Positions 9,802 to 20,277 of a stretch of 64,000 nucleotides of DNA are shown piece by piece. How positions within the stretch are numbered: the stretch's first letter is position 1; each line of letters begins with the position of its first letter. The notes under the pieces were generated by a model. The model was not told the DNA's origin. It was given only the letters and a program-made list of their open reading frames with translations, and did no database searches. A program made the position numbers and the translations under genes. The stretch is from an uncultured bacterium (lineage in GTDB: Bacteria; Auribacterota; Erginobacteria; Erginobacterales; Erginobacteraceae), in the NCBI GenBank assembly GCA_963822585.1, contig CAWGIE010000019.1:448001-512000 (forward strand). The letters are read 5' to 3'.

Positions 9802-10674
9802 ATGAACTCTCGACTGTTTGACGAATTTCATTCTCTGGCCGAGTTCCTGGCCTCGAAAGGGATGATTCAAAACGCGGCCGATTACCGTACAAACCTATCC
9901 GCCCTGACTTCGTTCGCCCGCCGTCTTAAAACATATTTTCTTCTCGCTCCACGGCGTGAGGGGAAAAGGGTGCTTGATATAGGGTGCGCGCTCGGGCACG
10001 GCGCCCGGATTCTCGCGGACCATGCCCGTTCAGTCACGGCTCTCGACTCCGATCAAAAGGTGCTGGAGACCGCCCGGCGGTTATGCTCGGGGGAGAAGAT
10101 CCGTTTCGTCCGTGCGGGGGCCCAGCATCTCCCTTGCCCGGACCGGACCTTCGGCGTAGTCACCGCATGTCACCTGATCGAGCATCTGCCGCCGCTGGAA
10201 GTGGTGCCGTTTCTCCAGGAGACGCGGCGGGTCACGGAGAGCGGGGGGATCATTTTCATTACCACCCCGAACCGCCGCTTTCGGCTCCGGCCGCTGCAGC
10301 GGCCCTTCAATCCGGACCATCGGCAGGAGTTCACGGCCCGGAGGTTGCGGAGAATCCTCTGCACTGTTTTCGACGAGGTGGAAATAATGGGGATGCGGGC
10401 ATCGGCGCGTATTGAGTCCATCGAGCGGGACCGCGTTCGCCTTTCTCCCCTGCGGGTTTACCTGCGGGATCCTCTGGCCGCCGTCTCAGCCCGCGTCTTC
10501 CCGGCCTTTCACCGGCGATTCCAGGCAGCTTTGGAGAAATCAAGGAAATCTCATAAAAAAAGAAACACCCCGGCCGCGGGGGACTTCCGGCCGGAGGAAC
10601 TCAGCCTTGACGAATACTACCTGGACGGGCAATACCCGGACCAGGGGATCGATCTCCTGGCTATCTGCCATTGA
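9802..10674 (+). CDS. Class I SAM-dependent methyltransferase
   Basis: VLDIGCALGHG motif I; LIEHL; ITTPN; NPDHRQEF. Confidence 0.9.
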   Translation: MNSRLFDEFHSLAEFLASKGMIQNAADYRTNLSALTSFARRLKTYFLLAPRREGKRVLDIGCALGHGARILADHARSVTALDSDQKVLETARRLCSGEKIRFVRAGAQHLPCPDRTFGVVTACHLIEHLPPLEVVPFLQETRRVTESGGIIFITTPNRRFRLRPLQRPFNPDHRQEFTARRLRRILCTVFDEVEIMGMRASARIESIERDRVRLSPLRVYLRDPLAAVSARVFPAFHRRFQAALEKSRKSHKKRNTPAAGDFRPEELSLDEYYLDGQYPDQGIDLLAICH

Positions 10675-10839
10675 CCGGGGCAGCAGAGATTTGTCAATTG
10701 CCAAGGTTTGATCCCATATATATTATCAGACAAGTAGATATGATTATGAAATTGCCGGCAGCAGGGCTCTTAACTGGCTGACCTTTGGCATGATCGAGAT
10801 TATCACCAAATAATCCGAATCTTCGAGGAGTAATTCAAG

Positions 10840-12612
10840 ATGCGGCTTAGTTACCGATTCGGTTTATATATCAGCTTCAGTATCATCGTCATCATCCCCA
10901 TTTTGCTGGCTTTCATCCTTTTTAAGGCTTTGCTTCGGCAGACCGCCGAAAATGAATTTTATGCTCAGGCCGATAGAGTCGGCCTCGGCATACGCGAGGA
11001 AATATCGAACCGCTCGGCCAATCTTCTCCGTCAGGCGGGAAAATATGCTCGTGATGAAACAATTATTTCGCGTCTGCTCGCACCCGATCGCTCCCATCTG
11101 GAAACACGGCTGATCGAACTCTTCAACTATTCCAATCTCGACCTGCTGGAAATTGGCGATACATCAGGCTTCGTTCTCGCCCGCGGCCATCGACCCGGTG
11201 ATTTTGGCGAGGGAAAGGCTACTCAAAAAATCATAGGAAACGCCCTGAGAGGGATCCCTGATGCGGATATAGAATACGGTGTCTCGGGTATCGCCCTTCG
11301 GGCGGTTTCACCGATCCGGTCAACAACGGGAGAAATCCGGGGGACTCTGATGACCGGCGTTCTTTTGAACAAAGACTTTTTCGACATCTATAAGGATATC
11401 ACCGGCTTCAATATCGCTTTATTCCAGGACAGCTCATTGATTGCCAGTACCTCCGGAACGTCACTACCCTGGAGTCCCCCGAATGACGGGGCGAGTAATT
11501 CATCCGAGGAAAACTCCGTATCGCTAAAAGTCACTTTTACAATGGGAGATAACGAGATGTGGGGAATCTATCTCCCCCTTTATCATTCTTCCGGAGAAAT
11601 GTTCGGAGGGTTATTGCTCTGGCAGAATAGCAAGACCGTCATGCGCTCATTGCGGATTAATCAGCTCACCCTGACCTACACGTTCATTGTTGCTATCATC
11701 CTTTCAGTCGTCCTGGCGGTATTCTTGAGCAAAAATTTTTCTTCACCTCTCAAGAAAATGCTCCCCGTCATGGATAGAGTTTCCCGGGGCAATTTAAATA
11801 CGGATATCCCCCCCTTAAAATGGGCGGAATTCAGAGAACTCGGCGCTCACTTCCGGAATATGATCGCCGAGCTGCAAAAATCCCGGCAGAAAATTGAAAA
11901 AGCTCAGCGGCAACTGTTGGTGGCCGGCAAACTGGCGACTCTCGGACAGGTCACCGCCGAACTGGCGCATGAGATACGGAATCCTCTGAATTCCATGGAA
12001 ATTACTCTCCGGTTATTGAAAGAAGAAGTGAAGGAACGTATCAAAAACGATCCCGAAATCGAAGATAATATCGAAACCATCCGATCTGAAATACGAAGAT
12101 TGAATCAAACGATCAAGGACTTCGTGGAAGCCGGGGGAAAAATAACCCTTCACACAAAAGCGGTGAATATTGCCAATGAACTAAAGGAAATTATTAAGCT
12201 GGCGCTGCCTCAGATCGAACTATTGGGAATCAATATCAATCTTAACATCGAGAATTGCGCGCCCATCCCGGTTGATCGAAACCGCTTGCATCAGGTGATC
12301 CTCAATATAATATTAAATGCATGTCAATCGATGAAACCGGGGGGGAAACTCACAATCCGGGGAGAGGAAATGAAGGATACCTATACTATTATCATCAGGG
12401 ATACCGGCGTGGGTATGACTCTCGAAGAAAAGGACAGGATTTTCGACTTCCCCTTTTCCACTAAACCGGAAGGAATGGGATGCGGCCTTTCTTACGTCCT
12501 CCGGGTCATGCAGGCACATGCCGGGGAATTCGATATTGAATCGCAACCCGGGGTAGGCACCACGGTCAGATTGACCTTTCCCCGGAAAATACCGAAGAAA
12601 AGTCATGAGTAA
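10840..12612 (+). CDS. Sensor histidine kinase (Cache, HAMP, HisKA, HATPase)
   Basis: 2 TM; LAHEIRNPL H-box; NIILNA, DTGVGM and GCGL boxes. Confidence 0.95.
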   Translation: MRLSYRFGLYISFSIIVIIPILLAFILFKALLRQTAENEFYAQADRVGLGIREEISNRSANLLRQAGKYARDETIISRLLAPDRSHLETRLIELFNYSNLDLLEIGDTSGFVLARGHRPGDFGEGKATQKIIGNALRGIPDADIEYGVSGIALRAVSPIRSTTGEIRGTLMTGVLLNKDFFDIYKDITGFNIALFQDSSLIASTSGTSLPWSPPNDGASNSSEENSVSLKVTFTMGDNEMWGIYLPLYHSSGEMFGGLLLWQNSKTVMRSLRINQLTLTYTFIVAIILSVVLAVFLSKNFSSPLKKMLPVMDRVSRGNLNTDIPPLKWAEFRELGAHFRNMIAELQKSRQKIEKAQRQLLVAGKLATLGQVTAELAHEIRNPLNSMEITLRLLKEEVKERIKNDPEIEDNIETIRSEIRRLNQTIKDFVEAGGKITLHTKAVNIANELKEIIKLALPQIELLGININLNIENCAPIPVDRNRLHQVILNIILNACQSMKPGGKLTIRGEEMKDTYTIIIRDTGVGMTLEEKDRIFDFPFSTKPEGMGCGLSYVLRVMQAHAGEFDIESQPGVGTTVRLTFPRKIPKKSHE

Positions 12613-13963
12613 AGTATTGATCATTGAAGATGAGCGGGTCGCCGGCAACAACTTACGGCGGCTCCTCACCCACGAAGGCCATGAAGCCGAATGCGCCTAT
12701 ACCTTCGGGGAAGCCGTCACCGCTCTCGATGCGAAAAGTTTTGACATCTATTTGATCGATGTCCGTCTCCCCGACGGGAACGGTCTCGAACTGATCCCGA
12801 TCATCAGGACCAAATATCCCGATGCGATCATTATTATCCTCACGGCTTATGGGACCATCGGCGATGCCGTCAGCGCGCTCAAAGCCGGAGCCGATCATTA
12901 TCTCATCAAACCGATAGAAACGGACGAATTGCTGATAACGCTCCAGCGGGAAATGGACCACCGGGAGGTGAGAGTCGAAAACATCGCTCTGAAAACCTAT
13001 CTCTCATCAATGTCCGGTTTCGAAAACATCATCGGGAAAAGCGCGGGCATGGTCCCGGTCTTTGAACGCGTCAGAAAACTTTGTGATTCCAATGCCACGG
13101 TCCTGATCAGCGGAGAAAGCGGAACCGGCAAGGAGTTAGTCGCCCGCACACTCCATTATCGCGGACGCCGACGGGATAACCGCTTCGTAGCCGTGCATTG
13201 CGCGGCTATTCCTGAGTCGCTTCTCGAAAGCGAACTATTCGGGCATGTTAAAGGAGCTTTTACCGGCGCCCTCAGGGATCATGCGGGGCGGTTTGAATAT
13301 GCCGACAAGGGAACGATTTTTTTGGACGAAATCGGTGAATTAAGCCAGAAACTTCAGGTAAAACTCCTCCGGGTGCTTCAGGAAAAAAAATTCGAGAAAG
13401 TGGGCTCCAATCGACAAATCGAGGCGGACGTACGGATACTCGCGTCAACAAACAGGGACTTAAACGAGATGATGACATCCGGAGATTTCCGGGAAGACCT
13501 TTATTGGCGCCTCAATGTCGTCGAGATTCATCTCCCTCCCCTGCGGAAAAGGACGGAGGACATCGAGCTTCTCGCCAAACATTTTTTACATAAATACGCC
13601 GCCAGTCTCAATAAACCCGTTCCGGAAATTTCGTCGGCAGTGATGACTATTTTCAAAGACTACTCCTGGCCGGGCAATGTTCGTGAACTGGAAAACGTGC
13701 TGGAACGCGCGCTCAATCTCATGGAAGGAGAGATAATTACCCCGGAAACGCTTCCTTCCCGACTGCGAACACCCCATTCTCATTTTTCCCGTCATCCGGA
13801 CGAGGGCGATTTTTTTCTTAAAGATAAAATAAAGGACTTTGAAAAAATCATGATCGGTAAGGTACTGCGCGAAGAAAATGGCAACCGGTGTAAGACCGCG
13901 GAACATTTGGGCATCAGCTTAAGAACTCTCCAATATAAATTGAGAGAATATGATATCCGATAA
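12605..13963 (+). CDS. Sigma54-dependent NtrC-family response regulator
   Basis: Receiver DVRLPDG; GESGTGKE; ESELFGHVKGAFTGA; Fis-type HTH. Confidence 0.97.
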   Translation: MSKVLIIEDERVAGNNLRRLLTHEGHEAECAYTFGEAVTALDAKSFDIYLIDVRLPDGNGLELIPIIRTKYPDAIIIILTAYGTIGDAVSALKAGADHYLIKPIETDELLITLQREMDHREVRVENIALKTYLSSMSGFENIIGKSAGMVPVFERVRKLCDSNATVLISGESGTGKELVARTLHYRGRRRDNRFVAVHCAAIPESLLESELFGHVKGAFTGALRDHAGRFEYADKGTIFLDEIGELSQKLQVKLLRVLQEKKFEKVGSNRQIEADVRILASTNRDLNEMMTSGDFREDLYWRLNVVEIHLPPLRKRTEDIELLAKHFLHKYAASLNKPVPEISSAVMTIFKDYSWPGNVRELENVLERALNLMEGEIITPETLPSRLRTPHSHFSRHPDEGDFFLKDKIKDFEKIMIGKVLREENGNRCKTAEHLGISLRTLQYKLREYDIR

Positions 13964-13990
13964 TACCGGGGATATTTTTGTGCCCCTTTA

Positions 13991-14026
13991 GTGCAATATA
14001 TTGCGCTAGAGCGCAAAATATTGCAC
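13991..14026. promoter_or_regulatory. Putative enhancer (UAS) for the NtrC-family activator
   Basis: gtgcaatatattgcgc-taga-gcgcaaaatattgcac: two tandem palindromes, 50-90 bp upstream of a sigma54 promoter. Confidence 0.7.
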
Positions 14027-14078
14027 CTACCTGGTTATTTTTAGTCCCTCCCCTGCTGGAATTCCCCGTATTTTTACC

Positions 14079-14094
14079 TGGCATGGATTTTGCT
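14079..14094 (+). promoter_or_regulatory. Sigma54 -24/-12 promoter
   Basis: TGGCATGGATTTTGCT with exact GG-N10-GC spacing. Confidence 0.85.
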
Positions 14095-14161
14095 TATTAA
14101 AGTTTCCGTCACAATCATGTGAATTCTACTTTCGTAAAATATTTTTAGAAAAAAATGGAAG

Positions 14162-14734
14162 GTGATGGAAATGCCCTCTACCACTTTGTTGGAATCCATC
14201 GGGGATCAGTTCACTGGAATATTGAAGATAATCCAGAGCGCGGTTCCTCAGGAAAAATCGCCCGCTCCGGCGCTTCGGGAGAATAGTAGACAACTCGCCC
14301 ATCGGGTCTTCGACCTGTTATCCCAGGGAGAATCACTGCCTTTTTTCAGGCAAAACTATATGGAGCTATCGGGGTACATCTCTCTGCTCGCGGATGACGT
14401 AATAGATATTCTTGATTTAAGGAAGAACCTCCCGGAGGCGGAATCGAAATCATTATCACCCCTTTTCGAAACGATTAAAGAAACCATCAGCATTTTTTAT
14501 AGCGCCCTGAGCAAACTGGAGCGAAACATTCCTGAAAGCGCCAGGGAAATCAAGCTGGCGAGGAGCCCCCTGGGCAAAGCGAAAGAGATAGTCCGGGGCT
14601 TAAAGCAACTGGCATTGTCCGCCGGCGGCCACACCCTTTTTACCCTTCTGGCCGAACTCGCAAATGGCGCCGTTAAGTCCCTGGAGACGATCGACCTCGC
14701 CCTCAAGAAATTGATAGTGATCAGAACCTTATAG
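14162..14734 (+). CDS. Helical protein, possibly a divergent DUF47/PhoU-like protein
   Basis: All-helical; LPFFRQNYMEL resembles the DUF47 TPFDREDI motif; first gene of the pit operon. Confidence 0.5.
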   Translation: MMEMPSTTLLESIGDQFTGILKIIQSAVPQEKSPAPALRENSRQLAHRVFDLLSQGESLPFFRQNYMELSGYISLLADDVIDILDLRKNLPEAESKSLSPLFETIKETISIFYSALSKLERNIPESAREIKLARSPLGKAKEIVRGLKQLALSAGGHTLFTLLAELANGAVKSLETIDLALKKLIVIRTL

Positions 14735-14815
14735 AAACCGTGAAACTTGATCAAATGTGCCTGTTCGGCTTCTCAATTATGTGACCCCGGCAGGGTATAT
14801 CGTATTCACCTGAGC

Positions 14816-15823
14816 ATGTATTCTCTCCTGATAATCTCCATCATTCTTGTTCTGGTCTTCGCCGTCACTAATGGCATGAAAGACGGCTCCAACGTTAGCG
14901 CTACCGCTATCGCTTCTCATTCCCTGTCCCGGCTCCAGGTCACGCTGATTGTAGCGGCGGCCGAGCTGGGAGGGCCGTTCCTGCTGGGAACAAAAGTAGC
15001 CTCGACCGTGGCCCGCAACATCATCAACCCCCAGGTGCTCCCCGGCGGTGGGGAAGGACTGCTCCTGATTCTCAGCGGCGTGGCCGGCGCCCTGATCTGG
15101 AATGGTTTGACCTGGTTCTTCGAGTTGCCCACCAGCTCATCCCTGACCATGGTGGGCGGCCTGATCGGTCCGGTTTTTTATACATACGGCTGGACCGCGA
15201 TTCCCTGGGCGGTTTTTCTCTTCAAGGTGGTCCTGGCTATGTTCCTCTCCCCGATAGTCGGCTTCTTTTTCGGCTACGCCGTACACAAGCTGGTTAACCG
15301 CCTTTTAATCAAATCAACGCTCGGCATGAATGTCCTTATCAAGAAAGTCCAGGTTTTCACCCTGATTATCCTGGGAGCCAATCACGGCACCAATGACAGT
15401 CAGAAGGCGATGGGAATAATCGCCTTGCTCCTCTTCGTCGCGGAGCGGAACGCCGACATCGCCATCCCGTTCTGGGTCAAACTTGCCAGCATTCTGGCCA
15501 TCACCGTGGGGGTGACCATGGGGGGAACCAAAATCGTCAAAACAGTCGGGTACGGCATTTTTAAGATCCATCCCTATCACTCGCTGGAATCACAGCTCGC
15601 TGCCGCCGGTCTCCTTTTCGCCTGCAACATCGTTGGCGCCCCCGTCAGTTCCACGCAGATTATCAGTTCATCCGTGATCGGGGTGGGGAGCGGCTTTCGG
15701 AAGAGCAGCGTCCGCTGGAATATCATCCGGGGCATTCTCTGGAGCTGGCTGGTGACCATCCCCCTGGCGGCGGCCATCAGCATTCTTGTCTACCTGGGCC
15801 TAAAAATCGTTCTTCCCTATTAG
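14816..15823 (+). CDS. pit: Inorganic phosphate transporter (PiT family)
   Basis: NGMKDGSN, HGTNDSQKAMG, PTSSS and PVSSTQ signatures. Confidence 0.93.
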   Translation: MYSLLIISIILVLVFAVTNGMKDGSNVSATAIASHSLSRLQVTLIVAAAELGGPFLLGTKVASTVARNIINPQVLPGGGEGLLLILSGVAGALIWNGLTWFFELPTSSSLTMVGGLIGPVFYTYGWTAIPWAVFLFKVVLAMFLSPIVGFFFGYAVHKLVNRLLIKSTLGMNVLIKKVQVFTLIILGANHGTNDSQKAMGIIALLLFVAERNADIAIPFWVKLASILAITVGVTMGGTKIVKTVGYGIFKIHPYHSLESQLAAAGLLFACNIVGAPVSSTQIISSSVIGVGSGFRKSSVRWNIIRGILWSWLVTIPLAAAISILVYLGLKIVLPY

Positions 15824-15835
15824 GAGGCGGAATTA

Positions 15836-16453
15836 ATGAAACTATTTAAAAAAAATCAGACCAATTTTTTTGAAATGCTGGAAAATCATACCCGGCTTCT
15901 GCATGAGACTTACCAGGACTTGGTGCAGTACTTTGACCACCCCGAGGAGAGAGAAACCCTGGCCGAGCGAATTCGCCTCCGTGAACGCGAGGCGGATGAT
16001 ATCCGGCTGGTCCTTATCGACCAGCTGCATCAGACCTTGATCACCCCCTTTGACCGGGAAGATATCTTCAGTCTCTCCCGTGATATTGATGACGTGCTCG
16101 ACGCGGCCAAGAACACGGTGGAAGAAATACAGATCTTTAACGTGGAGCCGTCACCGGAGTTGATCTTGATGGCCAAGATTTTAGAGCGGGGCACCCTGGA
16201 AATTTACGAAGCCATGACTAATCTCAAGCAACATCCCCGCGTGGCCAAAGACCATGCCGTCAACGCCAAGCGCACGGAGAATCACATTCATCATGTCTAT
16301 CTGGAGGCACTGGCGAAGCTATTTGACGATTCCGCTAATAACGTCGGACTCGTATTCAAAATGCGCGAGATTTATCGGCACCTCAACCGTTCCGCTGACC
16401 GCTGCGATGAAGCCGCCAATCGCATCCTGGATATTATCGTTAAGATCGAATAA
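15836..16453 (+). CDS. DUF47 family Pit accessory protein
   Basis: EREAD..LITPFDREDI..DDVLD..D(R)C; adjacent to pit. Confidence 0.92.
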   Translation: MKLFKKNQTNFFEMLENHTRLLHETYQDLVQYFDHPEERETLAERIRLREREADDIRLVLIDQLHQTLITPFDREDIFSLSRDIDDVLDAAKNTVEEIQIFNVEPSPELILMAKILERGTLEIYEAMTNLKQHPRVAKDHAVNAKRTENHIHHVYLEALAKLFDDSANNVGLVFKMREIYRHLNRSADRCDEAANRILDIIVKIE

Positions 16454-16492
16454 ATGACATTCATTGTATATCAATAGTCGGAAGCTCTTTTT

Positions 16493-18238
16493 ATGATCAG
16501 CCCCAAAGATCTTTTCTTTTTGCTCTCCGGTCTCTTCGGCGGCCTCGCTCTCTTCATCTGGGGCATGGGCCTGATGAGCGATGCCCTGCGGCGGTTTGCC
16601 GGCAACCGGCTGCAGATCGTGGTTTCGGGCGTGACCAAAAACCGCTTCTTCGGCCTGCTGATCGGGACGGTCCTCGGGATATCCATTCAGAGTTCGGCGG
16701 CCACCGTGATGCTGGTGGGGTTCATCAACGCGGGCCTGATGACACTGGTTCAGTCCATACCCCTGATGCTGGGGGCGAACCTCGGAACCACCTTAGCCAT
16801 GCAGCTCATCTCGCTGCGGATCAGCGAATACTGCTTTGTCGCCGTCGCCATCGGTTTCCTCCTGCAGATGATCGCCCCCAGCTACAAAATGAAACAGATC
16901 GGGACGACCCTGCTCGGTTTCGGCGTGCTACTGCTGGGGATGAGCATCATGTCCGATTCCATCCGGCCGCATCGCGAACTATTCCGGCCCATCCTGGCGG
17001 CCGCGGACGGCAGCACCTTCAAGGGCCTGGTGGTGGGAACGCTTCTGGCGACGGCGATCACGGCCATTATCCAGAGCAGCGGCGCGACGATCGCGATGGG
17101 GTTCGCCCTCATCTCCGCCGGCGTCTGCACCAACCTGGAGCAGGTGTATCCCATCATGCTCGGAGCCAATATCGGGACCTGTGCCACCGCGATGCTGGGA
17201 AGTATCGGGACCAATATCACCGCCCGGCGTTCCGCGATCGCACATCTGGTCTTCAACATCATCGGGGGCATCGTGGGTATCGCGGCCGCACCCCTCTTTT
17301 ATTACTTCATCCCCATGACCACCGACGACGTCATCCGCCAGCTGGCCAACGCCAATACCATCAAGATGATTATCATGGCGTTTATCTTCCTGCCCTTCCC
17401 GCGGCAGTACGCCCGTCTCATCGAATGGCTGGTTCCCTCCCGCAAGCCCCTGCCCCAACCGAGTTTTCTCGACGACAACCTGCTGGCCAAACCCGAGCAA
17501 GCCATTTCCGCGGCCCTCAAGGAATTAAAACGCGTGGCTCAAATGTGCGCGAAAAGTTATCGCCTCGCGTTTGAACTGATCCTGCAAGCCGATTCCAGGA
17601 AGGTCGGGCAGATCAAACGCAACGAACAGATCGTGGACGAGATCAAAGTGGCCTCGCGAGAGTTTCTTTTCCGCGTGGCCCGGCGCAAACTCTCCCGACG
17701 ACAGGCGATCATCATCCAACACCTCCAACTCTGCATGGCCGATATCGAACGCATCGGTGACCACATTGACTCCATCTGCGACACGACCGTGCAGCAGCGT
17801 AAAGGCCTCTATCGTTTCGACCACGAGACCCTCGAACTGGTGACGAACCTTTACAAGGACGCCGCCCAGACGTTCAAACTGGTGATAGAATCCCTCAGCC
17901 CGGAGCGGGATGATTTCCGGGAGATCACGGAAAAAATTCTGGATGTCCGCGACGAATACGCCGAGCATAGCTATGAGGCAAAGAATATTTTCCTCGACCG
18001 CGTGGCCAAGCACGAAATTCCGCCCCTGACCGGCATGTTCTTCAGTCAATACATCGCCGATTTCGACCGTATCGTCAAGCATTCCAAACGCATAGCCCTG
18101 GCGGAAAGAACCCCCTATTTCTGGCTGAAACGCGACAAGTTCGATCGCGAAAGCCCCGAGGAACCCCTGATAACACCTCCACCTCCGAGCGATCCTCACG
18201 ATTTTTTAAATAAGCTCGCGGACGAAGATTACTTCTGA
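16493..18238 (+). CDS. Na/Pi cotransporter family protein with C-terminal PhoU-like domains
   Basis: Duplicated QSS(A/G)AT and GAN(L/I)GT motifs; DIERIGDH. Confidence 0.93.
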   Translation: MISPKDLFFLLSGLFGGLALFIWGMGLMSDALRRFAGNRLQIVVSGVTKNRFFGLLIGTVLGISIQSSAATVMLVGFINAGLMTLVQSIPLMLGANLGTTLAMQLISLRISEYCFVAVAIGFLLQMIAPSYKMKQIGTTLLGFGVLLLGMSIMSDSIRPHRELFRPILAAADGSTFKGLVVGTLLATAITAIIQSSGATIAMGFALISAGVCTNLEQVYPIMLGANIGTCATAMLGSIGTNITARRSAIAHLVFNIIGGIVGIAAAPLFYYFIPMTTDDVIRQLANANTIKMIIMAFIFLPFPRQYARLIEWLVPSRKPLPQPSFLDDNLLAKPEQAISAALKELKRVAQMCAKSYRLAFELILQADSRKVGQIKRNEQIVDEIKVASREFLFRVARRKLSRRQAIIIQHLQLCMADIERIGDHIDSICDTTVQQRKGLYRFDHETLELVTNLYKDAAQTFKLVIESLSPERDDFREITEKILDVRDEYAEHSYEAKNIFLDRVAKHEIPPLTGMFFSQYIADFDRIVKHSKRIALAERTPYFWLKRDKFDRESPEEPLITPPPPSDPHDFLNKLADEDYF

Positions 18239-18324
18239 TGCGATATTTACTCTCTCATTCATGAGCTCAGTCAGATAACGCCGACTATCGCGCGGATTTT
18301 GATTTTTCCGGCCAGGAAGAAGCC

Positions 18325-18657
18325 ATGAAGACGGCAGGCTACAGTTTCTATCAGTGTTCCAGCACCTGTGCCATTAGAAATGAATTCGAGGCGTGGAGCG
18401 AGTGGTACGATTCCGAACCGCTGCCCTTTTACTTGAGTACCGGGAGGGTCAGATATCTCTCCGTTAAATGGAAAGAGCATCACGTGGCCGGCAAGGGTGT
18501 GATCACGAAGCTGATCGAATACAGCCGCGACGGGGGAAGTACCTGGCGGGCACCGGTCAGCGATGCTTACTCTTCGGGATTGGGAACATCAGCCTGGCAG
18601 GAGTCTGTCACCGCCCTCCCCCTCCTTTTGCCCTTCAGCCATAATCCCTCGACCTGA
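18325..18657 (+). CDS. Hypothetical protein or gene fragment with one Asp-box (BNR)
   Basis: YSRDGGSTW motif; short, possibly degraded. Confidence 0.3.
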   Translation: MKTAGYSFYQCSSTCAIRNEFEAWSEWYDSEPLPFYLSTGRVRYLSVKWKEHHVAGKGVITKLIEYSRDGGSTWRAPVSDAYSSGLGTSAWQESVTALPLLLPFSHNPST

Positions 18658-18867
18658 GCGGACTGGTGGTCCGGGCGGGGATCAGCGTCGAGGAGTGCTG
18701 CCCGGGAAGTATCGGTTCTTACGGGGGCGGCCTCTACATCACGGAGATCAAGGTCACTACCACGCGACCTTAATCCGCTTTACCGGCAAACCGGGTTAGT
18801 ATCATATTCCGGACCTGCGCCAGGCGATTCTGTGTCAGGGCGGCTCTTACCCAATCGAATGACACCG

Positions 18868-20040
18868 TTAATCTCCGCCAGGTGCCGGGGGTCGTAATGC
18901 GCTCAAAGCGGTTTTTGCCTCGCCCGAGGATGAAAAAAGACTGAACGCCTGCCAGATATCCGTGGCATACCACTCCGGGCTCCAGTAAAAAGCTCCGGCA
19001 ATATCTGCATTACTGTAGCACATGTCTAAAAACTCCGCCAGCCAGTGCCCCTGGCCCTCTGGATTAAGGGGATAACCGGGCACAGGTTCCGTCCAGGAGG
19101 AAAACTGACCCGGGATGGCGGCAGAGCCGGGGTAAGCATATTCCGCCACTATCATGGGCCGCCCCAGAGCCGAGGTCAGCCGGCGAACGGTATCACCGAA
19201 CTGATCCTGCGTATTATCGCGCCCCATGCCGGATGTCGGGAAGTAGGACAGTCCCGGGTAATCGATCCGGACACCCGCTTCGCTCAGTGTCTGAAAACAG
19301 GCGATGCAGAATTCCTGGTCCCACCAGTGGGCCAGATGAATGATGAACCGGGCCCCGGGATCGACATCCCTGATACCGTCCTGGCAGGCTTTAATAATCG
19401 CGGCCTCGTCTTTCCAGACGGCTTCCTTCATCCAATCCGGATTTTCCCGATCCGTATCCTCACCGGCAAAGACGCCGCAGATGCCGTAATCAACCTCGTT
19501 TCCGATCTCGTAGAGATGCGTTTTCACCCCGATGCTCCTGAAGTAACGGGCCGTGTCACGCGAATAGCCGCGAACCGCCGCGGCCCGCTCAGCAAGAGAC
19601 ATGTTTCTCCATGCCGCGGGAGCGGGCTGCTTGAAAAGATCGGCCCAGGTATCGCTGAGGAAGAAGACAAGATAGGGGTTCACGCCGTTTTCCTGGCCCC
19701 AAAGGGCGAGCTGCCCGGCGTATTGTGAGCCACTGGGGCCACTGATCCCGGTCCAGACCCGGACTCGAAGCCAGCCGATTCCCTGCTCGGAATATAGTCG
19801 GAACAGGTCGACTGTCCTCTCACCGATTTTCCATTTGAACCCTTCCCGCCGCATGGATAACGCGTAGTTGGAATCGACTCCCAGCATGAAATCCTTTTTT
19901 GATTCCCGGAGAATGGCGGATTCATCCCCGGCCGGGAAGAATGAAGCATGATCTCCCCTCTCGACAGAACATGCCGGAAGTACGGCAATAATTACAGCCA
20001 CCATCAAAAGGATAAAGTCACAGCAACAACAATTTTTCAT
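18868..20040 (-). CDS. GH53 arabinogalactan endo-beta-1,4-galactanase, probable lipoprotein
   Basis: RVRVW, SDTWAD, IGNE acid/base, GLSYFP, AEYAYP nucleophile, GAFYWSPEW. Confidence 0.9.
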   Translation of the reverse strand: MKNCCCCDFILLMVAVIIAVLPACSVERGDHASFFPAGDESAILRESKKDFMLGVDSNYALSMRREGFKWKIGERTVDLFRLYSEQGIGWLRVRVWTGISGPSGSQYAGQLALWGQENGVNPYLVFFLSDTWADLFKQPAPAAWRNMSLAERAAAVRGYSRDTARYFRSIGVKTHLYEIGNEVDYGICGVFAGEDTDRENPDWMKEAVWKDEAAIIKACQDGIRDVDPGARFIIHLAHWWDQEFCIACFQTLSEAGVRIDYPGLSYFPTSGMGRDNTQDQFGDTVRRLTSALGRPMIVAEYAYPGSAAIPGQFSSWTEPVPGYPLNPEGQGHWLAEFLDMCYSNADIAGAFYWSPEWYATDIWQAFSLFSSSGEAKTALSALRPPAPGGD

Positions 20041-20197
20041 GAAACGAATATACCACGAAAAAAGAGAATCCCGCGTAAATCCAGTGTGGTTACATCAGGA
20101 TTTACGCGGGATTTTTGCTTGCTAAAACTTTCGGCCCAGGTGGAACGAAGCCGTCCGAACCGCCGAGATGAGGCTCAAGCCAATTCCAGGGACACTC

Positions 20198-20271
20198 ATT
20201 CCGGGGACACGATACTAAATAGACTATTTATGTGCCTTCAAACCTTCTATTTAGTATCGTGTCCCCGGAAT
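20198..20271. repeat. 26-bp perfect inverted repeat (REP/MITE-like); half copy at 36007..36027
   Basis: attccggggacacgatactaaataga / tctatttagtatcgtgtccccggaat. Confidence 0.8.
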
Positions 20272-20277
20272 TCACTA

